This document shows positions 28,422-38,866 of a stretch of 64,000 bases of DNA, piece after piece (position 1 is the stretch's first letter; each line of letters begins with the position of its first letter). The position numbers were made by a program, and so were the translations under genes. The stretch is taken from assembly GCA_964291285.2 (NCBI GenBank), contig OZ219787.1, positions 1 through 64,000 on the forward strand. The letters run 5' to 3'. The notes below the pieces were generated by a model, which had not been told where the DNA came from, made no database searches, and saw only the letters and a program-made list of their open reading frames with translations. The stretch is from Alphaproteobacteria bacterium (GTDB taxonomy: Bacteria; Pseudomonadota; Alphaproteobacteria; Bin95).

Positions 28422-29915
28422 ATGCACACCATCATCCGGGGCGGGCGGCTGCTCGATATCGAACGCCATGCGGCGGAGCCCGCCGACATCCTCGTCGAGG
28501 GCGACACGGTCCACACGGTCGGTCCGCCCGGCATGCCCGCTCCCGAGGGCGCCGCAACCCGCGACGCGGGCGGGCGGCTGATGATGCCGGGGCTGGTGAA
28601 CGCCCACACGCACGGCCACAACAACCTCGCCAGGAGCTTCGGCGACCGCTGGAACCTCGAACTGCTGCTGAACGCGGCGCCCTGGATCACGGGGAACCGC
28701 ACGCTTGAGGACAAATACCTCTCCACCCTCATCGGCGCCGTGGAGATGGTGCGCAAGGGCTGCACCGCCGCCTACGACCTCAATTTCGAGTTTCCCGCGC
28801 CCACGCCGGACGGGCTGGAGGCCATCGGCCGCGCCTATGCCGACGCCGGCATGCGCGCCGTGGTCGCCCCGATGATGGCGGACCGGACCTTCTACCAGGC
28901 CGTGCCCGGCCTGCTTGACGCGCTCCCGGAGGCGGCGAGGCGCGATGCGGAGGCGGTGGCGGTCGCGCCGTTCGAGGCGAGCCTGGCGGCGTGGAACCGC
29001 GCGCTGCGTTCCTGGCCCTTCTCCCGCGACCGGGTCCGGCTCGCGCTCGCCCCGACCATCCCCCACCATTGCAGCGAAGCCTTCCTGAAGGCGGCGAAGG
29101 AAGCGGCGGCGGAGCACGGCGCCGGCTTCCACACCCATCTCGGCGAGTCGAAGGTGCAGGCCCATGCAGGAGTGCGCCTCTACGGCATGACCCAGACCGC
29201 CTATCTCGACCGCATCGGCGTGCTCGGCCCGGACTTCACCGCGGCGCATGCCGTATGGCTGGACGGCGACGACATGCGCCGGATCGCCGATGCCGGCGGC
29301 GCCGTCGCCCACAATCCGGGCTCCAATGCGCGCCTCGGCAGCGGCCTCGCGGCGGCCCGCGCGCTGCTGGATGCGGGCGTCAGGGTCGGGATCGGCACCG
29401 ACGCCTGCACCTGCTCGGACAATCTCAACATGTTCGAGGCGATGCGGGTCGCCTCGATGGTCTCGCGCGTGCAGGAGCTGGACCCGGAGCGGTGGCTGTC
29501 CACGGACGAGGTGCTGACGCTCGCGACGAAGGGCAGCGCCGGCGTGCTCGGCTTCGGCGGCGAGATCGGCGCGATCGCGCCCGGGGCCAAGGCGGACATC
29601 GTCTTCCTCGACCTCGGGCAGATCAACTATGTCCCGCTCAACGACCCGGTGAACCAGATCGTCCACGGCGAGGACGGCACCGGCGTCGAGTCGGTGATGA
29701 TCGGCGGGCGCATGGTGATGGAAGGCCGGCGCATGGTCACGGTGGACGAGGCGAAGCTCGCCCGCGACGCGGAAGCGGCGGCCGGGCGCCTTGCAGCCGC
29801 CAATGCGGACGCGCGCGCCGTTGCGGAAAGCCTGGAGGGGCCCGTGAGGAGCTTCGCCCTGGCGCTGTCCCGCGAGCACTACCACATCGAGCGCCACGCC
29901 CGCTGCACGCATTAG
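28422..29915 (+). CDS. Metal-dependent amidohydrolase (MtaD/AtzA-like deaminase family)
   Basis: PGLVNAHTH, HTHLGES, AHAVWL, GIGTD. Confidence 0.9.
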   Translation: MHTIIRGGRLLDIERHAAEPADILVEGDTVHTVGPPGMPAPEGAATRDAGGRLMMPGLVNAHTHGHNNLARSFGDRWNLELLLNAAPWITGNRTLEDKYLSTLIGAVEMVRKGCTAAYDLNFEFPAPTPDGLEAIGRAYADAGMRAVVAPMMADRTFYQAVPGLLDALPEAARRDAEAVAVAPFEASLAAWNRALRSWPFSRDRVRLALAPTIPHHCSEAFLKAAKEAAAEHGAGFHTHLGESKVQAHAGVRLYGMTQTAYLDRIGVLGPDFTAAHAVWLDGDDMRRIADAGGAVAHNPGSNARLGSGLAAARALLDAGVRVGIGTDACTCSDNLNMFEAMRVASMVSRVQELDPERWLSTDEVLTLATKGSAGVLGFGGEIGAIAPGAKADIVFLDLGQINYVPLNDPVNQIVHGEDGTGVESVMIGGRMVMEGRRMVTVDEAKLARDAEAAAGRLAAANADARAVAESLEGPVRSFALALSREHYHIERHARCTH

Positions 29916-30766
29916 GTTCAATCGACATACAGGATTCCCTGGGAAGACATTATGTGATTCATGACGCTCCAACTGATTTTCGGTTGGAGTTGGGCGTATG
30001 GTGAAGCGCTATGAGCTGACGGATGCGCAGTGGGTCCGCATCGAAGGTCTGCTTCTGGGCAAGCCGGGCGATCCGGGGCGTTCGGGAGCAGACAACCGGT
30101 TGTTCGTCAACGCGGTTCTGTGGGTGCTTCGTTCGGGCGCCCACTGGCACGACCTGCCGCCGCGCTATGGGAAGTGGAAGTCGGTGCACAAGCGTTTCAC
30201 ACGCTGGGCCAAAGTGGGCGTGTGGGAGAGGGTGTTCGATACCCTGACGGCGGATCGCGACAATGGCTATCTCATGCTCGACAGCACCATCGTGCGCGCG
30301 CATCAACAGGCGGCGACCGGAAAAGGGGGGGCCGGGATCAGGCTCTGGGGCGTTCCAGAGGCGGACTGACGACCAAAATACACATCGCCTGCGACACTCT
30401 CGGACGACCGCTCCGCGTGATCCTCTCGCCCGGACAGGCCGGCGACGCGCCAAAGGCCCTGGCGTTGATGGAGGGGTTTCGGCCCCGCCATGTGCTCGCC
30501 GACGCTGCTTACGACGCCAATGCCATCCGCAACCGCATCGCCGACATCGAGGCCGAGGCCGTCATCCCCTGCAATCCAACGCGAAAGCGTCTCATCGGCT
30601 ATGACGCCGAAATCTACAAACACCGAAACCGCATCGAGCGCTACTTCAACAAGATCAAACACTTCCGCCGCATCGCAACCCGATACGACCGAAAAGCAAT
30701 ATACTTCCTCGCCTTCATACACATCGCTTCTGCTATCCTCTGGATGCGATGAATGTCGATTCTGCC
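29915..30766 (+). mobile_element. IS5-family element, copy 2
   Basis: Same 852-bp element as 10507-11358; TA duplication; orfA 29998-30369, orfB to 30752. Confidence 0.93.
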
Positions 30767-30876
30767 TAGCGCGGCGGCCATGCGGCCTGCGCCGCCCGCC
30801 GCTTGCATGAGCAACCGGATAGACGGGTAACGGTTTTCCGTGTTCGTCCAGCTTCCACGCGGCCCGGCCGTTGCGG

Positions 30877-31941
30877 TCAGCAAGGCTTAGATGACGTTGC
30901 CTCCCCACGGCTGTACCGAGCAATTTCACAATAGCCGTCGGGGTAGCGCCAAACCCACTGGCCGTGCAGTTCGCCGTCCACATAGGGGCCTTCTGCAACA
31001 GCTCCATCGGCATAGCGCCAGACCCAGCGGCCGTGCCGCTTGCCATCGACAAAAGAGGCTTCCTCGATAATCCCGTCGGCGCGGCGAACGACCCAGCGGC
31101 CGTGCTGCTTGCCCCGCGCCAGCGTGCCCGTTGCCTGGTTGGAATTCCACTCCCAGGTTCCCTGCCCGACAGCGAGGCCATCCCGGCACGCGCCAGACCA
31201 TGCCGCCGTCTGGGGGGGATCGTAGTAGAAGGGATGGAAAATATAACAGCCGGGCCGGTCGGTGAGTTCCAGCCAGCATCGGGTGCCCTTGCTCATCCCG
31301 GCGCATTTGGGCGACAGGCCCGTCGCAGCGTCCCTGGACTCCTGGGCCGTCGAGACGAGCAGCGAGCCGTGGACGAAGGCGGTGCTGCCGTCCGGACCCT
31401 CGATGCGCCGCCATTCCCCCGCCTCGCCCGTGACATGCACCCGCTCGCCGGCCTCCAGCAGCCCGACTTTGGCATGGTCGGTGCCGGGGCCGCTGCGCAC
31501 GTTGGTCCGCGTCCGCGCCTGCATCCAGCGGTCGGCAGGCGCGATGCCGGGCGCGCGCTCCGCCTCGCCGCCTTCCTCCACGACCGTCTTCGTCACCTCG
31601 CAACCGAAGCCGGTGAAATCGGTAATCCGCGCCGGGCCGGAAAGCTCGCACTTGCTCATCTGGTGGCGGAAATGGACCGCGCAGCTTTCCGCCTGCTGCC
31701 TGAAGATCGGCAGGCAACCCGCATGTTCGCGGTTCTTCGTGTTGCTCACGAAATTCGTGTTCTGGCGGCAGAGCGCCATCTTGTTCTTTATCGCCTGCCG
31801 GCAGGCCTCGCGTTCGCCCGACACGTCGGAGTAGTAAACGCCGTCGATATCGCCGAATTTCGGCTTCAACTCCTTCGCCGAGGCCGCCGCCGCAAGCGGG
31901 GCGAGGAGGAGCGCAAGACAGGCCGTCCGGAACCGCAGCAT
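30877..31941 (-). CDS. Secreted protein: Cys-rich N-domain, SH3b domain, MORN-like repeats
   Basis: Signal peptide; TNVRSGPGT...FVHGSLL SH3b; repeated GKxHGRWVxRYADG. Confidence 0.8.
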   Translation of the reverse strand: MLRFRTACLALLLAPLAAAASAKELKPKFGDIDGVYYSDVSGEREACRQAIKNKMALCRQNTNFVSNTKNREHAGCLPIFRQQAESCAVHFRHQMSKCELSGPARITDFTGFGCEVTKTVVEEGGEAERAPGIAPADRWMQARTRTNVRSGPGTDHAKVGLLEAGERVHVTGEAGEWRRIEGPDGSTAFVHGSLLVSTAQESRDAATGLSPKCAGMSKGTRCWLELTDRPGCYIFHPFYYDPPQTAAWSGACRDGLAVGQGTWEWNSNQATGTLARGKQHGRWVVRRADGIIEEASFVDGKRHGRWVWRYADGAVAEGPYVDGELHGQWVWRYPDGYCEIARYSRGEATSSKPC

Positions 31942-32034
31942 CGGTCGTTCTCCACCAGGAGGGTCGCGCAGGATGAGCGATACGAAACCCTAGAGATATC
32001 CGACTTGCCGATGCAAGGCCCCGGCGCCCCTTTC

Positions 32035-32510
32035 CGTCACCCCGGACTTGATCCGGGGTCCATCCCTGACCGTCCGCGCCTGCCGCGGCCGGTGGAAGGC
32101 CGGCCAACCGCCGAGGCTGCCGAGAGAGCCGGAGATGGACCCCGGATCGAGTCCGGGGCGACGGTTGCGGGTCGTGCGGTGCAATGCCGACGCTGCAGAT
32201 GTGTGAAGCCGGCAGGGCTCGGGACCGGGGCGACGAGGAGGAGGCCGCGCCCTCTCCCCTCATCCTGAGTAGCGACCGCGTCAGCGGGCGCGTATCGAAG
32301 GACCGCTCCGAAACGCCGGCCGCCGCCCTTCGACAGGCTCAGGACAGGCCCCTTCGATACGCCGCTGGCGCGGCTACTCAGGGTGAGGGGGAAGGGAGCG
32401 CACCGAACCCGTCGCCCCGGACTTGATCCGGGTGACGGTTGCGGGTCGTGCGGCGCAATGCCGGCGCTGCGGATGTGTGAAGCCGGCAGGGCGCCAACCG
32501 GACAGCAGTG
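32035..32510. repeat. REP/REPIN cluster with a ~60-bp direct repeat and a solo MITE end
   Basis: Doublet 32036-32163; direct repeat ~32160/~32434; AACCGGACAGCAGTG at 32496-32510. Confidence 0.78.
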
Positions 32511-32533
32511 GCCAGGCGGGGGACAGCCTGCCG

Positions 32534-32968
32534 CTACGCCTTCTTCGCCCGCCTCCGCCTGCGGGGGCGGCGGCGTTTGCGCTCCAGGCCGTGGCGTTTC
32601 AGGAAGCTCTGCACCGTGCTCGCGCCGAACGAAGCCCCTTCGGCGGCCAGCGCATCGCGCAACCCCCTGACGGTAAGCGCCGGCCGGGCCGCCAGGATGC
32701 GGAAAATGCGCTCCCGCTCCGGCTCGATCAGCGACGGCCGGCAGCCGCCCTGCTTGCCGGGCTGCACATGCCCCCGCTCGCGGAACCGCCGCACCCAGCG
32801 GCGGACGCTGGACGCCCCCAGCCCGAACTGCCGGGCCGCGGCGGCGGCGCTCATGCCGCCATGCACCACCGCCGCCACCGCCCGGCCGCGCATCTCCAGG
32901 CCCACGGCCCGGCCCGGCTTCGGCCCGGGCAATTCGTCTTCCGCCGGGTTCCTCAACTCGTCCGTCAT
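32534..32968 (-). CDS. IS630-type N-terminal HTH protein without a DDE domain
   Basis: AAAGGAGG RBS; MSAAAAARQFGLGASSVRRWVRRFRERG...TVQSFLKRHG; Arg-rich tail then stop. Confidence 0.72.
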   Translation of the reverse strand: MTDELRNPAEDELPGPKPGRAVGLEMRGRAVAAVVHGGMSAAAAARQFGLGASSVRRWVRRFRERGHVQPGKQGGCRPSLIEPERERIFRILAARPALTVRGLRDALAAEGASFGASTVQSFLKRHGLERKRRRPRRRRRAKKA

Positions 32969-33258
32969 CGTTCCTCCTTTCCGCGCTCCGCGCCCGCCGC
33001 CGCCGCGACGGGCCGGGTTGAACCGGACATCCGGCCGTTCCGGGCGTTGCGGCGCGACCAGGTAGAACCGGATATGCGGCCGCCCCGGGCATCGCGGCGG
33101 CCGCACCTTGCCGGTTTGCCGCCCGGCCTTGCGGCCGCCGGCATTCCGGCTCCTCTTCGTCTGCGGAACGGAGGCCTCGCGCGCCCTTCGCGCGCTGCAT
33201 GCGGCCCCCGCCCCGCCATCCGTCAGGTCATGGCTGCGGCCCCGTTCTTCCCGTTTCG

Positions 33259-33291
33259 GAACTTATATAGAACAAACGGGAACAAAATCAA
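33259..33291 (-). promoter_or_regulatory. Alphaproteobacterial LexA box over a leftward promoter
   Basis: GAACTTATATAGAAC = GAAC-N7-GAAC (33259-33273); minus-strand TTGATT...TATA(TA/AG). Confidence 0.6.
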
Positions 33292-33443
33292 GCGAAAAAT
33301 GCGCCGGGCGGCGGCTGTCGGGACGAAAACACCGGATTGACCGCCAAATTGTCGCAACCTACACTGACCTCCGCATGCGCCGATGGAGCGCGCCGCCGTC
33401 CGGCGGCATTCGCGCCGCCGGAGCTTCAACGGGAGGTAGAACC

Positions 33444-34637
33444 ATGAAAAGACTGTTGACGATTGCCGCCGCCCTGGGCGTCGCGATGTCGGTCGGCACC
33501 ACCGCCGACGCCGCCGACCGGACGGTGAAGATCGCCGGTTTCGGCGCGATGTCGGGCGTCGTCCGCTCCTTCGGCATCAACACGGACGCCGTATTGCGCG
33601 CCGCCGCCAAGGCGATCAACGACGCCGGCGGGGTGAAGCTGGCCGACGGCTCCATGGCGCCGATCGAGGTCACCTTCGACGACGACCGCTGCAATGCCGA
33701 GGAAGGCATCTCGGTCGTGCGCCGGCTCGCCTCGGGCGACGCCGTGGTCGGCGTCGGGCCGACCTGCTCGAATGTGGCCGAGCCGCTGTTCGGCATCCTG
33801 CAGGCGAAAGCAGGCGACGAGGGCGACAGCGGGCTCCGGTTCCCGATCTTCACCGACACCGCGATCAAGGGCGGGCTGGCCAAGATTTCGGAATGGGCGT
33901 TCCGCAACGTCCCGAACGAGAGCCAGATGTACAAGAGCCTGTTCGAGTGGCTCGCCACGCAGCATCCGGACGCCAAGTCCGTCTATGGCGGCGTCGAGGA
34001 GGATTTCGCCCACTCGCGCTTCACCTGGTACAAGGTGATGAAGACGCGCTCGGCCGACGCCGGCTACGAGGTCAAGGGCGAGTCGAAGTGGCTGTTGAAC
34101 GACACCAACTTCACCACCCAGGTGCGCGAGATGAAGCGCGCCGGCGCCGACATCATCTCCATCTCGGCCCATCCCTTCACGACCTGCGGGGTGCTGAAGG
34201 AAATGGCCCGCCAGCGCGTGAAATACAAAGTGCTGGTCGGCCTGACCTCCTCCTCGTCGCTCGAGACCCTGAACGGCTGCGCCAAGCAGGCCGAGGGCAT
34301 CATCATCCCGACCTCCTTCGCGCCGGTTAACCCCGATGCGGTCGCCGCGGCCGACGCCGCCGCGGCGCTGGGCGGCTCCGCCGACCTGCACTCGGCCGCC
34401 GCCTGGGAGATCATGATGATCCTCAAGGACGTCATCGAGGCCGCCGGCATCCAGGCGACCGCCGACTCGGTGCAGGCCGACCGCCGGGCGATCCGCGACG
34501 GCCTGGCCTCGCTCAAGACGACCAAGGGCCTGCTCGGAGAGATCCAGCGGACCGCGGAGGGCGAAGCCGTCAAGCCCTATGTCTATGTCCATGCCGCTGA
34601 CGGCACCTGGGCCGTGCTGCACGACCCGAACGCCTGA
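33444..34637 (+). CDS. Branched-chain amino acid-type ABC substrate-binding protein
   Basis: Signal peptide; INDAGG, GPTCS, FTTQV. Confidence 0.9.
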   Translation: MKRLLTIAAALGVAMSVGTTADAADRTVKIAGFGAMSGVVRSFGINTDAVLRAAAKAINDAGGVKLADGSMAPIEVTFDDDRCNAEEGISVVRRLASGDAVVGVGPTCSNVAEPLFGILQAKAGDEGDSGLRFPIFTDTAIKGGLAKISEWAFRNVPNESQMYKSLFEWLATQHPDAKSVYGGVEEDFAHSRFTWYKVMKTRSADAGYEVKGESKWLLNDTNFTTQVREMKRAGADIISISAHPFTTCGVLKEMARQRVKYKVLVGLTSSSSLETLNGCAKQAEGIIIPTSFAPVNPDAVAAADAAAALGGSADLHSAAAWEIMMILKDVIEAAGIQATADSVQADRRAIRDGLASLKTTKGLLGEIQRTAEGEAVKPYVYVHAADGTWAVLHDPNA

Positions 34638-34702
34638 GTGACGGGCTGCGGGCCGCCTCTCCCGGCGGCCCGCGGGCGCCCTGACGCCGAAAGGCGGCTG
34701 CC

Positions 34703-35599
34703 ATGTCTGATTTCTGGTGGGACGTGATCGACCCGGTCCAGTCGGTGCTGGACGGGATGATGTTCGGGTCGATCTACGCCCTGATCGGCATCGGCTTCAC
34801 CCTGATCTTCGGGGTGATGCACAGGATCAACCTGGCCTACGCCGCCGCTTCCATCGGCGGGGCGTATGCCAGCCTGGCCGCGTTCCAGCTCCTGTCCGCG
34901 CCGGCCATCGTCGTGTTCCTCTGCGCCGCGGCGGCGTCGGGCGTCATCGGCTACCTCGTCTATATCTGCTGCTTCCGCTTCATCCCGACCGCAATGCCGC
35001 TCGCCACGCTGATGGCGTCGGTGGGCATGCTGATCCTGATCGACGAAGTGGTCGTCCATGCGACGGCGGGCATGCCGGAGCCCTATCCGGCGATGTTCGA
35101 CGACGTGATGATCGACCTCGAGCCGTTCTGGGTGCGCGGCGACCTGCTGATGATCTTCGTGCTCAGCGTCATCGCCATGCTGATCCTGCTTTACGTCCTC
35201 TACCGGACACGGCTGGGGATCGCGACGCGCGCGGTGGCCCAGCAGCCCTCCGCGGCGCAGCTTTGCGGCATCGGCCAGGAGCGCACCAATGCGGCCACCT
35301 TCGTCATCACCGGCGCGCTGGGCGGGCTGGCGGGCGCCATGGTCGGCGCCTCGGTCGGCATCCTCTCGCCGCTGCTCGCCCTGCCGCTCACGGTGAAGGG
35401 CCTCATCGTCACCGTCATCGGCGGCCTCGGCTCGATCCCCGGCGCCATCGTCGCCGGCATACTGGTGGGCGGGTTCGAGAACGTCTTCCAGTATTTCCGC
35501 GGCGTCACGGAGCGCGACATCTATGTCATGCTCCTGCTGTTCGTCTTCCTCACCTTCCGGCCGCAGGGTTTGTTCGGCCGCATCTCCTCAAGGGACTGA
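34703..35599 (+). CDS. Liv-type ABC permease (LivH-like) 1
   Basis: [26 protein letters not shown]. Confidence 0.92.
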   Translation: MSDFWWDVIDPVQSVLDGMMFGSIYALIGIGFTLIFGVMHRINLAYAAASIGGAYASLAAFQLLSAPAIVVFLCAAAASGVIGYLVYICCFRFIPTAMPLATLMASVGMLILIDEVVVHATAGMPEPYPAMFDDVMIDLEPFWVRGDLLMIFVLSVIAMLILLYVLYRTRLGIATRAVAQQPSAAQLCGIGQERTNAATFVITGALGGLAGAMVGASVGILSPLLALPLTVKGLIVTVIGGLGSIPGAIVAGILVGGFENVFQYFRGVTERDIYVMLLLFVFLTFRPQGLFGRISSRD

Positions 35600-35605
35600 A
35601 GCCCC

Positions 35606-36505
35606 GTGGATTTCTATTACGGCATGGCGCAGCTGATCGGCGTGCACACGCTGCTCGGCCTCTCGGCCTATGTCGTGCTGCTGACCGGCCAGGTCTCGAT
35701 GGCCCAGGCGGGGTTCTTCGCCATCGGCGCCTATCTGGCCGGTATGCTGACCGTGCTGGCCGGCTGGCACATCGTCCCGGCCATGCTGCTCGCCGCCGTC
35801 GCCTCGGCCTTCGTGGCCACCGTCGTCGGCTTCCCGGCGCTGCGCGTGAAGGGGTTGATGCTGGTCGTCGCCACGCTCGCCTTCGGCGAAGCGGTGCGGA
35901 TTTTCTGGTTCAACTTCGACTACCAGATCGCCAAGGGCAACATCCAGGTCGGGCCGCTCGGCGGCGAGGGCTTCAAGCAGATCCGCTATTTCCCCGAGAA
36001 CGGCTGGTCCACGGCCGATGTGGCGCTCTTCATCTGGGCCTGGGTGATCGCCGCGATGGTCGCGCTCTGGTGGATGGACCGCAGCCGCGTCGGCTCGGTG
36101 CTGCGCGCGGTCGGCGAAGACGAGCTCGCCGCCCAGTCGGTCGGCATCAACCTGACGGCCGTCAAGGTTTCGGCCATGGGGATCGGCGGCTTCATCGCGG
36201 GGCTCGGCGGGGCGATCTACGCCCATTACACCACCCATATCGAACATCTCAATTTCGGCGTTGTGCTGGCGACCTTCGCCATCGCCTATCCGATCCTGGG
36301 CGGGCTTTCCTCCGTGATCGGGGTGCTCATCGCGGTAATCTTCATCCAGGGGTTCCTGGTGGAGGTGCTGCGCTTCATGGGCGACTGGCGCAACCTCCTG
36401 TTCGGGGCGCTCATCGTGCTGGCGATGAATGTCCGGCCCGACGGGCTGTTCGACGCCCGCGCGATGCGCACGCTGCGCCGGCTCCTCGGCACCCGCGATG
36501 CTTGA
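35606..36505 (+). CDS. Liv-type ABC permease (LivM-like) 1
   Basis: [23 protein letters not shown]. Confidence 0.92.
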   Translation: MDFYYGMAQLIGVHTLLGLSAYVVLLTGQVSMAQAGFFAIGAYLAGMLTVLAGWHIVPAMLLAAVASAFVATVVGFPALRVKGLMLVVATLAFGEAVRIFWFNFDYQIAKGNIQVGPLGGEGFKQIRYFPENGWSTADVALFIWAWVIAAMVALWWMDRSRVGSVLRAVGEDELAAQSVGINLTAVKVSAMGIGGFIAGLGGAIYAHYTTHIEHLNFGVVLATFAIAYPILGGLSSVIGVLIAVIFIQGFLVEVLRFMGDWRNLLFGALIVLAMNVRPDGLFDARAMRTLRRLLGTRDA

Positions 36506-37244
36506 ACTCCACAGCCTCTCCAGGCATTTCGGCGGCGTGCGGGCCGTCGACGACCTCAGCCTGACGGTGGAGCAGGGCGAGATCTTCGGCCTGATCGGCC
36601 CGAACGGCTCCGGCAAGAGCACCACCGTCAACCTGATCTGCGGCGTGTTCCCGACCACCTCCGGCGCCGTCGTCTTCGAGGGGCGGGACATCACCGACGC
36701 CCCGTCGCACCGGGTCGTGGCCGCCGGCATCGGCCGCACGTTCCAGAACATCCGCCTGTTCGGCGACCTGACGGTCTGGCAGAACCTGTGGGTGGCGCAG
36801 AACTCGGTCGAGGAACGGCAGACCGGCCGGCTTGCGCGCTGGCTCGGCGGGCAGCGGCGCGGCCGGGACTATGCCGGGGAGCTGCTGAAATTCGCCGGCC
36901 TCGCCGACCGTGCGGACGAACTGGCCCGCAATCTCGCCTTCGGCGAACAGAGGCGGCTGGAAATGGCCCGGGCGCTCGCGGCCAGGCCGAAACTGCTGCT
37001 GCTCGACGAACCGGCCGCCGGCATGAACGCCGAAGAGGTGGGCCAGCTCGCGACCCGCATCCGGGCGCTGCGCGAGCACGGCATGACGATCCTGCTCGTC
37101 GAGCATGTCATGGAACTCGTCATGGGCGTGACGGACCGGATCGCGGTCCTCAATTTCGGGCAGAAGATCGCCGAGGGCGCGCCGGCCGAAATCCGGGAGG
37201 ACCCGGCGGTGCGCACGGCCTATCTGGGAACGGCCGATGCTTGA
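36498..37244 (+). CDS. Liv-type ABC ATPase (LivG-like) 1
   Basis: [26 protein letters not shown]. Confidence 0.93.
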   Translation: MLELHSLSRHFGGVRAVDDLSLTVEQGEIFGLIGPNGSGKSTTVNLICGVFPTTSGAVVFEGRDITDAPSHRVVAAGIGRTFQNIRLFGDLTVWQNLWVAQNSVEERQTGRLARWLGGQRRGRDYAGELLKFAGLADRADELARNLAFGEQRRLEMARALAARPKLLLLDEPAAGMNAEEVGQLATRIRALREHGMTILLVEHVMELVMGVTDRIAVLNFGQKIAEGAPAEIREDPAVRTAYLGTADA

Positions 37245-37956
37245 GGTCCGGGGGCTGGTCACGAATTACGGGATGATCGAGGCGCTCAAGGGCGTGGACA
37301 TCTCCGCGGCCGAGGGCCGCATCACCTGCGTCCTCGGCCCGAACGGCGCCGGCAAGACGACCTTGCTGATGACGATCGCCGGCCTGCTCCGCCCGAGGCG
37401 CGGCAGCGTAACCTTCGAAGGCCGCACCATAACCGCCGCCTCCTCCGCGGCGGTCGTCCGCCAGGGCCTCGCGCTCGTGCCGGAAAACCGGCTCGTCTTC
37501 CCGGACATGACCGTGCGCGAAAACTTGGTCGCGGGCGCCTATACCCGCCTTGCCCGCGACCGCGGCGAAGCGATGGCCGATCTGGACCGGATGCTGGAGC
37601 GCTTTCCGGTGTTGAATGCGAGAGTGAACGCCAATGCCGGCACGCTCTCGGGAGGCGAGCAGCAGATGCTGGCCGTCGCGCGCGCGCTCATGACGAAGCC
37701 GCGCTGCCTGCTGATGGACGAACCGTCGCTCGGCCTGGCGCCCATGATCGTCGCGGAAGTCTTCGACATCATTCGGGAACTGAACGAGGACGGCGTCACG
37801 ATCCTGCTGGTTGAGCAGAACGCCCACATGGCGCTCACGGTCGCACACCATTTCTTCCTGCTCGACCAGGGCCGGGTGGCCTTCGACGGCGACCCCGGCG
37901 CTATGGCCGAGGACGAGGTCATACAGCGGGCCTATCTCGGGTCTGCCGGCGGCTGA
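37237..37956 (+). CDS. Liv-type ABC ATPase (LivF-like) 1
   Basis: GPNGAGKTT, LSGGEQQM, DEPSLGLAP. Confidence 0.93.
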   Translation: MLEVRGLVTNYGMIEALKGVDISAAEGRITCVLGPNGAGKTTLLMTIAGLLRPRRGSVTFEGRTITAASSAAVVRQGLALVPENRLVFPDMTVRENLVAGAYTRLARDRGEAMADLDRMLERFPVLNARVNANAGTLSGGEQQMLAVARALMTKPRCLLMDEPSLGLAPMIVAEVFDIIRELNEDGVTILLVEQNAHMALTVAHHFFLLDQGRVAFDGDPGAMAEDEVIQRAYLGSAGG

Positions 37957-37962
37957 GGCGCC

Positions 37963-38862
37963 ATGGCCGATTTCCTCCAGAACTGTCTGGACGGAATTGC
38001 CACAGGATCCGCCTACGCCCTGCTCGCGCTCGGCTTCACGCTGATCTTCGGGGTCCTGCGGCGCCTGAATCTTTCCTACGGCCCGTCTATCATGGCGGGC
38101 GTGTTCGCAGGCACTGCACTCTATACGGCATTCAACGCAGGGCTTGCCGAAATCGCGATCGCAACCGTGATCGGCGCCGTGGTCGTCGGGGCCTATATCG
38201 AGCGGCTTTGCTTCTGGGCCATCCGCAAGGACATGGCGGTGGCGTCGATGGTCTCCAGCTTCGTCATCTGGATGCAGATCGAGGAAGGCGTGACGCTCCT
38301 CTTTCCCGACCGGACCTATGCCTTTCCCGGCATACTCGTGGACGCGGTGGTCGAGTTCGGGCCTTTCTTTCTCCGCGCCTCCAGCCTGGCGATGCTCGCC
38401 ATCGCGGCCCTCGCCGTGCTCGGCCTGCTCGGGCTCATCTACCGCACGCATTTCGGCCTCGCCGTGCGCGCCGTTTCCGAGAACCCGGAGGCGGCGCGGG
38501 TCGCGGGCGTCAATACCGGCCTGGTGACGCTGATCGCCTTCGCCTGCGCGTCAGCGCTTGGCGGGCTCGCCGGCTTTCTGATCGCCGCGGGCGACGAGCA
38601 GATCACGCCGCTCTTCGGGCTCTGGGCGACCTTCAAGGGCCTCATCGCAATGATGCTGGGCGGCATGGGCTCGATTCCGGGCGCGGTGCTGGGCGGGCTC
38701 CTCCTCGGCGTCGTCGAGGCCAATGCGCTCTGGTATCTCGGCGTCGAGACGCGCGACCTCATCGCGTACATGCTGCTTTTCGCCGTGCTCGCATTCCGCC
38801 CGGGCGGGCTCATGGGCCAGGCCGCGCTCATGGCGCGGCGCGCGGCGGAAAGCCGGGTCTAG
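37963..38862 (+). CDS. Liv-type ABC permease (LivH-like) 2
   Basis: GSAYALLALGFTLIFG, LGGMGSIPGA. Confidence 0.92.
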   Translation: MADFLQNCLDGIATGSAYALLALGFTLIFGVLRRLNLSYGPSIMAGVFAGTALYTAFNAGLAEIAIATVIGAVVVGAYIERLCFWAIRKDMAVASMVSSFVIWMQIEEGVTLLFPDRTYAFPGILVDAVVEFGPFFLRASSLAMLAIAALAVLGLLGLIYRTHFGLAVRAVSENPEAARVAGVNTGLVTLIAFACASALGGLAGFLIAAGDEQITPLFGLWATFKGLIAMMLGGMGSIPGAVLGGLLLGVVEANALWYLGVETRDLIAYMLLFAVLAFRPGGLMGQAALMARRAAESRV

Positions 38863-38866
38863 GACC

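Noticed and set aside
10507-30766. Composite transposon bounded by the two inverted IS5 copies
   Set aside because: Each copy has its own TA duplication and a sensible empty site, so independent insertions are simpler; a 2-bp TSD cannot fully exclude an inversion.
30877-31150. Possible diversity-generating retroelement target in the MORN-like repeats
   Set aside because: No reverse transcriptase and no template repeat differing only at adenines.
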